A stretch of 64,000 nt of DNA from Trichoplax adhaerens. Lineage: Eukaryota; Animalia; Placozoa. Each line of letters starts with the position of its first letter. The first letter of the stretch is position 1. The notes under the pieces were generated by a model that was given only the letters and a program-made list of their open reading frames with translations, ran no database searches and had not been told where the DNA came from. The DNA lies in assembly GCF_000150275.1 (NCBI RefSeq), contig NW_002060949.1, positions 1,485,836 through 1,549,835 on the forward strand, in the 5' to 3' direction. The translations under genes and the position numbers were made by a program. Of this stretch, positions 1 to 15,022 are shown piece after piece.

Positions 1-3000
1 GAAATATCTGCGGCAATTCCTTCCATTTGTGATAGAATAGCTAATGGAATACTATTCGAGTCTTCAGGTATTGCAACTAGATAATTTTCGATTAAAATGC
101 AATTCCTTTTATGAAATGCTAACATAAATAAGATATTCAACCTCGACGAGTTAAGTACTTTCTGACTTTAACAATCTTTAAAGTTATCAATAAATATTAA
201 ATAAAGTGCGCAACCAACCTTCTTTATCGACTATAGTATGCGCAGCTTGTAATTTTAAACTATGTACCTAGGTAATTTAATCACACGCCAAGGTTAGTAC
301 AAATTATGCTACGATATTTTGTAATTTAAATACGAAGTGAAGTAACCTCAAAAAGAAATTTATCTAAAAGTAGCTCCTTAGCTGAAGGTCTCATTTCAGG
401 CTTCTCCTGAAGACATCTTTGCAAAAATTTCTACGACGTATCATTAATACGACCGAGTTAAAACTTTCATTTAAGTTATCACAGCGTAAAATGTTTGTTT
501 GTTATACGTCTTAGTTCTTACCAGTAAGTCAGTATTTTCTAGTGATTCAAGAGAGTTTTGGATAGATCCTCTATTCCAATAATTCATTGAAGGAGAAGGT
601 TTTTTTCCACTTTTAGTATCAAAAAATTGCGTTGCAATCTAGTAACATATATAACCCGATATGTTAGATAAACTATACAGATAATGCTTATAAAATTAAA
701 TTCGGTTACAGTTGTCTTATTGACAGCCTAGTCAGGATACGTAATTAAATAATACTAAGAAAACTTACCTCTAGGGCACAGATACCGAATGCATAAATGT
801 CCACAGAAGTCGTTAAGATAGCTTCTTTGATGTCTGTGTATTATATTTGAAAGATTAAATTGCATATCGAGACTAGTAATTCGTCTAACAACTCTACTTT
901 TATATAATTGTAGTTATAAATTACCATATTCTGGTGCTGCAGTAAACAAATTTTGCAGTTCCGATGGGGACCTAGATTTTGCATGGTAACTGATAGCTTC
1001 CGGGATCACTACAAAAATGTTATGTAATAGTTTTTTTTGCCGGTGTTTTAATCACCTAGATGTTAAGAAAGTCGATAATAATTCAAATTCAGCATTTACT
1101 TACCAGACCCAATCTTGATCAAGCCGTTGTGTTGAATATAGATCGTATCTAAGCTAAGATTTCCATGGATAATTGGTGGAGTGAATGACGCTAGATGGCT
1201 AAAGTTTTAAATAAAAATGGCAAGGAATCATAAATATTGGCGATAGTCTCATCAAAACCTACTTACTTATTGTGTCATATGTATTCATATTATCTGGTAG
1301 TTATCTAGTGAAGCAATATTGCTTTACAAAATTTAGATATAGAGACATACTCTAAGGCAGAAAGAATTTGTCGACACCAACGCTTAAATAACTGCGATAT
1401 AATAATATAAAAAATTAAATTAATTAGAGATTGCGTTTCTCTAGTAAAACCATCAATTGTGACTAATAAATATCCTAGATGTTACGCACCTTTTCCTGTA
1501 AAAGTCCTTTTTGGTTCTTCTTCGTTTTCTTTAAAAATTGCTTTAGAGAACCAGACGTCATGTATTCCGTAATAAACGTTATCTATTATAGAAGCAGACA
1601 TGAAAGAATTTATACGAATGATTAATTTCGAAATTTCGGCCGGTAAATTTAATTGTGCTTTAGAAACTAATTTATATGAATATCATAACTAAGACTTACA
1701 CGAGCTTTCTTTTTCACTTCATCATTATGCGTCCAATAATGATAGAACTCAACAATATTGTTGTGCTAAATTCATTAATATTAGTCAAGTAAAAAATTTC
1801 TGATCAGTTTACCCTAGCTACAATTTCATACTGGTCAAAACATGATAATTTATAATTTAATAATCTAGTATAGTTTGTTATTTATGCAAAATGACAATTT
1901 AACTATAGCAATGTTAAGAAGACATACATTACCTCTAGTTTAGTTAGGCTGTCGAAGAATTTTATCATCTTTTTGTTGGATTAAAAATAAGTCATAGTTA
2001 GTAATTAATTGAGCAACTATTCGAAGTATTATCAACTGTAACACAATTTATCGGAATTTGCTAGAAGGTATAGAGTAGTAGTTGCGCTAAGTGATCCAGT
2101 GTTGATACATAAACGACAAAGATTCTAACACACATTCCTATCTACACATAGTTGTGATACTAAGAGCATAAATATTATCTCGTATAGATTTATAAAATAA
2201 TTTTAATTGGAAACGTTTAGTGTTATCTCAGATGAATAGCATCTGTCATATCAATGTGCATAATATATTTATAGGTACAAAGAGTATTAAATAAATAGCT
2301 ACTAAAGTCTATTAAACTAATGCTGCATTTATTTTCCAGCAAATACTGTCAAGTGCTGTAATACATCCATACATAAATAGCAAATAATACTTTTAGGTAT
2401 CACTTTGTCTAACATATGATAGATATAATCAGTGACGTCTTACATTATAGAAACTACGTGATTTCCCTTCCGAAAGCCATATTTCATTCCATACAATTTC
2501 TACACCTTCATCGGTATCCATTCCCAAGAAAGCATCCGTTCCTAGCGATCCATGCTGAACAAGCTAAATCCAAAATTATAGTAAAATGTCAAGTATTACT
2601 CTATAATGAAATTAAGATAGTTAGGTTCGGTGATCGTATATCGTATTTCTCAGATATTAGATCATCCTTACATTACAACAAATTTGATTACAATACGAAA
2701 ATAATAACTATAAATCTTCATATGGGTATGCAAAACTTCATTGCTAGGTAAGCATAGTCTTACTCCACGTAATTTATCTCAGTGCTTAGTGATGTAACTC
2801 CAAAGCAGAAGGATTAAGATCATAGTATGGTGTGCAATAGAGACCCTGGAGAGTCATTCTAGTGTCTTTAGTGTGCAATAGTGACCATGGAATACTAACA
2901 TCCGGGCACCATTTATGTACACCATCAATGTAATTCAATTCTAATGTAACGATACCACTAAGACAGCATGAATAATCTTGAAGATACTAATCATGAATTT

Positions 3001-6000
3001 ATTCCGGCTCAATGTTTGCTCAGTTCACCCAGAGTTCTCAACTATCTGTCTAGTTGATATGTATCAGTAGTATCGTATCTTTATAGGTAATTCTCTAGAA
3101 AATTCTCTGACATGAACTACTGTATACAGTTAGCGTGTTTAAAATATTGAAGTAAATTACTCATTGATATTTCAGTATCTTCGTTAAAAATTACAAACAT
3201 ATTGACCTTTACAATTGTCCCTTTAGGGGGTCCTCATCTGTATTGACATCATAGATACTTATCGTTTTTAGAATATTTTCGCGATATGACTGAAGTTGTA
3301 CATAATCTATAGCAAGCTATATACAGTACAGTAGTACCACTTTAGAAACTTCTTCTTGGGAGTCGAAAAAATATATTTATAAAGTTCGTTTCGATACATT
3401 GATATTATATTATAATATCGATAAACGGTAAAACATTGTTAGTTTCAAGTACCAATTAATGCCTAATCAAAGTCAGTATATACGCTAGACTAGACATACT
3501 GTACTGTACTACTGTGCCGTACATCGTTAAAATCGTACATAAAGTAAAATGAAGGAATTGCTGCTTACTACTGAAGACTTACAAATTCGTAATCTTATTA
3601 TTTCTACATCATTTTGCAGGTCATAAACATCCTAATTTACACGATGCACTTCCTGTAGGTCTGACGATGGTGCAGTAATTACTTCATTCTCATTATACAA
3701 CATACAATATAGTATAGCCTAGTTAAACTGTCATCTTAACTTTGAAACTACCAATTACAGTATACAGTACTACAATTTATACTTGATTACTTTGACAATA
3801 AGCGTAAGATTGATAATGTTCACGGATAAAAATACGACAAATTAATGCAATAAAATATGTACGAGGGAGAATGCAGTCTTCAATATGGGATCATGCTGAG
3901 GATACCAACAGTTTTTGAGTTTCTCAATGAAACTGTCAAGGCCATCGGATACTTTAAGTTACAGTAGATAAACCAGCTAAAAGTATGGATCTTCATGTAG
4001 GCTGTTGACGTAGCAGAAATAATATTTCCTGAAGTGTTTGTAAAATGTGAGATTTTAATTTTATGTTATCGTGGAGTTTTAACCTAAGTTTGATAAGAGG
4101 GGAAAATCCTTTGGGTTTGGTCATCTACGCCTATTTCTATTGAAATGGTTTAATAAATGCAGTAACATACGCCAGGTAGTCAAGAATTTTTCGTTTTAAG
4201 ATGAGCTCACTAACTTTGTTTGTACTGTACCCTATGTAATAAGAAGGTAACGGAATTGAACCGCTTGGAATAGTAAAATATTTGACTAGTCTAAGGGTGA
4301 TAATCTATTATATTACATAATCCATTCAATACTGATCAAAATGTAACTATGCGCAGCACATTATAACGATAATGTACAGTAAGTACAAAACTATTGATTC
4401 AAGATGTCAACGCGATTGAAGTTTTACAATCTATTTGAACATGCCTATTTCTTTAGTGCGTTTCCGACGCGTAGTATTGATACCTTTCCTATTTTTTCGA
4501 TTCTAGTAATACAGTAAATCCTGCATGGATAAATGGTGTAGAAGTAGACGGCAAAAATGCTCCATTGCAGATTAATTTTAATAGCCTGCAAAAGCGATAG
4601 TTTAATAGAGTTTGAGCAATCTGCATGACGGTAATTTTATAGCCATTCTAGAAGACTTTCTCTTTCCTATGCTATTTACACTTAACATCATCAGGTTAGA
4701 GAGATTGCCACCTAATCCAACCTACTATCATTACAATACAGTCATCCATCTCATTGGATAAATACCAATGTTACAATCATAAGATGGGGGATCTTCAAAA
4801 TAATCTCAACGAATTCAGAATAAAAGGTTCAACACTCTCTGCGACGAGAATGGCTGCGATATATTGTACTGTAAGTGGCTGAAAGTAAATAGACACCTTG
4901 GGCGTAGACATTACAATACAGGCTTGTAAAAGCCTTGCATAATACATGCGTTATACTAATTGAGAAAGAAACTGATAGGATTAGACGATTATTTTGTCTC
5001 CACATTCATTTTACTATGAAAGCAACGTCCGCTCACTGTTGTCATATTTACGGCTTCTACGCCTTTGATCTGCAGTTGTGGGCCAGCTTGTAAAAATTGT
5101 CAACTCAACAACGTTGAACATCCAAACTGTTTCAGCGATGTCTGGTTGAAGATTTTTTACCAGCTGATAGTTGTAGTAGTCCACTACTGAAAGCTGAGGA
5201 ATTGGTTAACAGTACGGTTCAGTCAAACTAGAGTGTTGCATCCACCACCCATGTTGACAAACGGTCGTCATTGGGAATACAGTATAATATTGATGTGTCA
5301 ATAAATTAAGGCTTGGGCACTGAAATTATCCACATTCATGGTCCTCCTGAACGTTTTCTATATATTTAAAAAATTGCGTACCCCGAATAATAGGGCTTTT
5401 ATAAGCTTATGGCCTACAACATTGAAGACTCTATCCATGACTGTCCTGTGAAAAATACACTGAGTGTCGTCTTGTATTGGCCGACTGGGTGACTATGTTG
5501 CCTTACCGCATAGTAGAATGTAGGTACAGTACGCTATACAGTATAGTCCTTGTACCAGCCAATCAACCCAGTCAAGTCAAGTCATGAAAAGAATGCAGTG
5601 GAAGGAAGATAAAAAGCACACTGGCTTGCTTTGCAAGATACAAGGTACAGTAACTCATTTTAAATGATAGAATAAAAGTGCTTAGGTTTTAAATTAGTAT
5701 AATATTATAGCTCTCTTAGCACTGCAAGTCAATAATATATTGAAAAATGCAAGCATTGGCAGTCTTCAATAAGACGAGCAAGTGTAATGATCCATCAACC
5801 CAATACCAGTGGTATTCTCTCCACTTTAGTCAGAAACACGTTTTACTTAAACCAACTCCATTTTTGAACCGCGTAATACTTTGAATGTGAAACGATATGA
5901 TTTTGTAGTATCACCAAAATTGCTATACATACCTCTCTTTTTTGTTTCTTGTATCTTCCATTGGGACTTTCTTCTAATACCTTATTCTCATCATCGCTTT

Positions 6001-6100
6001 CGTCGCCAGAATCAGGACGTGACGAAGTGTCAGTAGACAACTCTTCATGAGCTTGAGGGTTGAGAGTATCTGATTTACTCAACGAATGAGTAGCAGCCAT
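1..6100 (-). CDS. NRBP1: Nuclear receptor-binding protein (NRBP/MADM) pseudokinase, multi-exon, 3' end beyond the left edge
   Basis: Exon 1 6100-5933 (MAATHS...VLEESPNGRYKKQKRE, GTATGT donor). After a ~3.4 kb intron, spliced exons read FLGMDTDEGVEIVWNEI, HNNIVEFYHYW, FITEYMTSGSLKQFLKKTKKN, PPIIHGNLSLDTIYIQHNGLIKIGS and TTSVDIYAFGICALE, matching NRBP, including the degenerate HGN (for HRD) and absent DFG. Confidence 0.93.
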
Positions 6101-6287
6101 ACCTTTACGAATACTAGAGATTCGTAGACGACGACCAGTAACGATGACCAGGCAAGTACTACAAAGATGTAGAATGTAATAACGTCAAGATCCTTTTACA
6201 TACGTAGGCAACAAGGAGATCTCCGATATTAGAATGATCGAAATCTAAAACCTTTCTGAATTCTCAATTAATTACAGGCAATGTCGT

Positions 6288-6777
6288 GTACAGTACTGGT
6301 ACAATCCATCGACAGTAGTTTCCGACTGAATTATCTTGTACAGTACAGTACTGTACTGTACAGTATGTAAAAACTTTGAGTACTGTACTGTACTGTACTG
6401 TACAGTGCTGTGTCTACTACGGTACAACGTACTGAGGGCGTTTCACAAAAGATTTCCAGAGATTGCAATTATACAGTACAGTACAGTACAGTATACTGAA
6501 CTGTACACTGTACACTGTACACGGCACCAGTGGCACAAGGCAAGCAAAGACCAAAAACCACTGTAGGGTAGAAAAGTACTGTACTGTATTGTACTGTACA
6601 GTACTGTACAGAAGAGGTAACAGAGACTGTGACCGTTACTTTTACCAGTACTGTACAGTACAGTACTGTAGATGATAGAGGTCTTGCTGGTCTGGTCTAC
6701 AGTGTACAGTACTGTAAATTCCCAGTGGCTAAGCCTGTTGATACAGTACTTTCTATTATACTGTAAGTACTGTACTG
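6288..6777. repeat. Dense (GTACA/GTACT)n palindromic pentamer patches with unique spacers, upstream of NRBP
   Basis: Runs such as TGTACAGTACAGTACTGTACTGTACAGTA (6338-6365) and AGTACTGTACTGTATTGTACTGTACAGTACTGTACAG (6575-6611), separated by roughly 15-65 bp of non-repeat sequence. Confidence 0.9.
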
Positions 6778-7679
6778 CCATAGGATAATGATAATGATCG
6801 CAAAAAAGATGATTAATTTTCTTAGTTTGAGCAAGAATGGTCATCACGTTGATATTCAATGAAATTAATTTGTGAAATGCACTGCAGTATAGACGTCAAT
6901 TTAACGTTGGCACATCTCTTTCTCTGGATCTCTAGACTGTAAAACACACTTCTTAGAGAAGGTAAAAGATAACCTATGCAAAGTGAGAGCGACAATGCAT
7001 ACTGTGAACAGGTGTACCGACCGATAGTTTACAACAATTGTACAGTGTACAATCATGGAAAAATCAGGCTTATTCTGATCAAGGGTATAGTATCAAAGCG
7101 TTCAATGGATACGGCACAGCGTACAGTACCTTTCCTTCCTTGCTAACAATATCTCGCTCTGATTTCCAACAATATTTATTTGAATATTTTGATAATTTGT
7201 AACCTTTTATTCATTTCAAGTGCCTAACCATAATAGTGAGCACTCCTCTCGTAACACCTAAGTTACTATCAACTTAACCTTTCTATAATTTAGAATTGAT
7301 GGAATTAATGGAACATACTTATTCAAATGTGATGTGATGGACATAAAATTAACATAAAAATAGCCTTTTTAACGCCAATCACACTACTTCCAAGTTGAAA
7401 CACCCCACATGATAAAACCAGTAAATTACTAATAACTTCGGTTTACAGGAAGAATAACTTGACTAACTATTATGCCTAGGTACTTTCAAATGAATAAAAA
7501 ATAACAATTTATCAAATATCCAAATAAATATTGAAATTATGAAATAAAGCGAGATATACTTGTACACGACTGCGCAATTTTTCCCTATTATTACAGTAAT
7601 TAGATATGCCTGACATTATGTAAATGAGCTTTCCACTTTTTCAGCTTTGTTCATTCATTGTGAATCGGTTACTATGCAC

Positions 7680-8038
7680 GTACAGTACAGTATGTGTTTT
7701 ATAGTACAACTACTTATGCACGTCCATCACTTGGTGTACCGTACACTACAGTATGAAGTGGATGTGGTCATTAACTAGCTATTAATTATACAGCACAGTA
7801 CCGTACTGTAATTAATTAATCATCATGAGATGATTTATAAAACATACAGTACACGTACAGTAGGCCACGCTAATTCCCCCGTATGTTATCACATACGTGT
7901 AATAAAAAAAATTGTTTATGTACAGCGGCAATACTTCTAATCAAAGTGGAGTTAATCTTAATCTTATTAACAGTGTGGACAGTACAGTACAGTACAGTAC
8001 ATCGTTGCTTATCATTATTATTAACATGTACTGTACAT
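7680..8038. repeat. Looser (GTACW)n pentamer cluster upstream of CBS
   Basis: GTACAGTACAGTA (7680), CAGTACCGTACTGTA (7796), ACAGTACAGTACAGTACAGTAC (7979-8000), GTACTGTAC (8028). Confidence 0.75.
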
Positions 8039-8442
8039 ACAATGTAATAGAGATAAAGACAAATACGTCATAGTGCGCTTGTGCAGACATGCTTCAGAAT
8101 TACAGTTTACAGTAGACAAGTTATGTCATCCTATCAACTCTATTGTCAAATGGACTAATTAAAATGATAGCATGATCCCATTTTAGTCGGGGAGTACTAA
8201 AAGAAAGAATAGTAGCCTCTGTTTTAGTTTGCCAAATCTAAACTTAAAAGAGGGCTCATATAGATTTTAGCTCATCAAGATATTATTTATAAGGTTTCGC
8301 TAAAATTGAAAAATTCAGTCAAGATCGATTGGACGATTGGGTCAGTCGAAATTGAAGTCAATTATCCATCGAATTACTGTATACTATAGTAATTATTATC
8401 ATCGAGACGCTGTAAAACCATTTGTTAGAGTAGTCTAAAATT

Positions 8443-12471
<4,029 letters not shown>

Positions 12472-13917
12472 TACGTTGATAAGATTCTATGTTGTAAACA
12501 GATAACGTATGAAATATACTGTATCCGATCTCCTATCACTGTTATTTGTTCATGATTCGATACTCGTATAAAAGTACGTATGTACATGTTGTTAATTTAC
12601 TCGAGTTATCTGTCCTTTCCTGGTGTACGCTCCTCGTGGACTCTAAATAAAATCCTGATAACTCTTAACCTCAACAAGCTCATGTCTTGGTTCGTGATCT
12701 AATTTTTGACTAACGAACCCGTAATATTACAATCTGAAGGTGCTAAAACTGCTGAGAAATAGTAAAATTGATACCATCTGTTATGTATGTAAGAATACAG
12801 TAACTTGTTGTACTGGACCTAACGTGTTAGCATAAGATAAGGTAATGAATTACTAAGATAAGGGTAAAATACGCCATTACAGCTATACTATTCAAATGCA
12901 GTAAATCCTAAATAAAGGAGACTTTTCAGTAAGCTTACTAGGAGGAGTGTATCAAAGTTCCTCGTGCTAACGTTAACGACTAAGAGTGGAAACACAACGC
13001 CATCTACATGTTTAGAATTATCGTTCACCATTGTAAAGATATGCAGTGAACCTGTAGCCACAGTTGATACATATGATCTACAGTATAAAAGATCACAATT
13101 ATCATTTATCGTATTTGTATCAGCTATACAGTATAATCCAACTTGATATTGCCATATTAGTGGACATTGATAACTATTTATTTATTTATACTAAGTGTAG
13201 GAAAAATCTAAAGTTGATAAAGCATTTTTAGATGACAAAGATAAATGAAAGCAGCAACATTGGCAGAATGCTGCTAGATATTTCAACTAAATAATTTTTT
13301 ATAGGATATTCAAGTGGAAGGACATTGTTTCGTCGTCCTATAATTTTATGTCAGCCATTTTGCAGTCGTTATATGGGCTTGCTGTTCACAACCAGCCAGA
13401 ATTTTGTAACGTGGTAATAATAAAAATGTACGGTAGGGTCAGACTGGGCTGAGCGTGTGTGTGTGAGGATTGGATAGATTTGCAAATCAACTCCTGTAAC
13501 TTGGAACTCTATGATCCACCGTCTGCGCTATACATTTTATACAATCAACCATTCAATTAACTTGTGACAAGTACACTGACAACAACTACAAGTCATATGA
13601 CGTTGATCTTTAAAATCTGCGAGACTGTTATTAACTTCAAGGCGAGATTTTGCGTGGTAACGAAATGAATGAAATTGAGCATATCGCTGTAGTACTGAAA
13701 AGCCTTGGTGGCTCCAACAACGCTTTATGTCTTCTGTCCAGTACACATAGCAATGCAAAGCTTATCGCCAAGATCTCGAATAAGGCGAGCATGAAGTCTG
13801 CACTGCACTGCTACGTAATAATCTGCATTCCACAATCACCACCGTTATATTCTCTGGTGCGACACTAGGTCAATCACGCAATACTCTACTAGGTTAGACA
13901 CAGCAAAGCAGCCAACA

Positions 13918-14131
13918 CTGTGGAGGAGGCTTGTGCGCTGTGGAGCAGGTTTTCGCACTGTGGAGGAGGCTTGTGTACTGTGGAGGAGGCTTGTGTACTG
14001 TGGAGCAGGTTTTCGCACTGGAGGAGGCTTTTGTGCTGTGGAGCAGGTTTTCGCACTATGGAGGTGGTTTGTGTGCTGTGTAGCTGCGCCGCACTGTGGA
14101 GGAAGTTTGTACGCTGTAGAGCATGTTTTTA
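13918..14131. repeat. GC-rich 20-bp minisatellite, about 11 units of two mostly alternating types
   Basis: Type A CTGTGGAGGAGGCTTGTGTA and type B CTGTGGAGCAGGTTTTCGCA in the order A B A A B A' B A' C A' B', degenerating towards the right. Confidence 0.93.
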
Positions 14132-14160
14132 CTGTAACATGGTGGCCCTTCTCGGCCACC

Positions 14161-14404
14161 GTACAGTACCTCTCTACTGTACACTGTTACTGTACAGTAC
14201 AGTATGTACAGTACAGTACATTGTACAATTGTACAGTACAAAGCTGTGACGATACAGTACAAATCACTCTGGGAGTATCCCGCCATACTGTACAGTACAG
14301 TGTACAGTACACTACAGTCAAGTCCAGGTATCCTTCTAGCAGTACAAGTGTACAGTACAGTACAGTACTGTACTGTACTAGTGTACTGTACTGTACAGTA
14401 CAGT
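14161..14404. repeat. (GTACW)n pentamer patches, distal block upstream of EIF3E
   Basis: For example GTACAGTACAGTACAGTACTGTACTGTACTAGTGTACTGTACTGTACAGTACAG (14350-14403), with spacers such as CTCTGGGAGTATCCCGCCA. Confidence 0.9.
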
Positions 14405-14763
14405 GGACACCTCCCCGGATGGATGGACTTTTCATACCAGATTCCGCCGAAAATGTCGACTCGGTATGAATCTTCCATGTCTGTTTTCGAAATCACTCGT
14501 ATTAATTTGAATAATGTTTATGATCTACGGTAAAGCTACTACTTCCAAGCAGAGCTTAGTAAAAGCCAACAGAATACAATGTTATATTACTTAATTTGGA
14601 AAAAATTAATCAAAATAAGAATCGACTGTCTGCATACTCAAGTGCTGTCATAACGAAGTGTTTGACACAATCTGTTGACCAAAGTTGGCCAAATGTCTGT
14701 CCATCCAAAGAAACGTTCAGTCCTTCCAGCTGTCCTAGCAGTCCTTGCTACAGGAGCTCAATT

Positions 14764-14945
14764 ACAGTACATCGTACTGTAAAGCACCAGGTGAAATACT
14801 GTACCTACAGTACTTGACTGCCATCTACTGTCCTGTTCCTATAAAAGCCTTGAAGTACAGTACTGTACGGGGACCATAGTACTGTACTGTACAGTACCGT
14901 GTTGGTCTGAAAAAAAAAAGACCGTACTGTAGAGTATGGTACTGA
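14764..14945. repeat. (GTACW)n pentamer patches, proximal block 80-260 bp upstream of the EIF3E ATG
   Basis: TACAGTAC (14764), AGTACAGTACTGTAC (14854), GTACTGTACTGTACAGTAC (14879), GTACTGTA (14924). Confidence 0.8.
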
Positions 14946-15022
14946 CGACTGAGTCAGTAGCGCGTGTATAAGCCTTAAAGGCCATTGCGCCAACAAAGTC
15001 ATCCATAGAAATTTTCTTCCAA

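Noticed and set aside
2416-2751. 111-aa plus-strand ORF
   Set aside because: Antisense shadow of NRBP exon 2 plus intron.
6288-6777. CRISPR array
   Set aside because: Repeat blocks vary in length and sequence, there are no cas genes, and the context is eukaryotic intron-containing genes.
6336-6859. Overlapping ORFs rich in YSTVQ/CTVLY
   Set aside because: Translations of the pentamer repeat, open in several frames on both strands, with no protein-like composition.
13304-13870. Exon-like and ORF-like segments between CBS and EIF3E
   Set aside because: No recognisable homology and no consistent splice chain.
13845-14533. Six overlapping ORFs of 82-178 aa
   Set aside because: By-products of the stop-poor 20-bp minisatellite and pentamer blocks.
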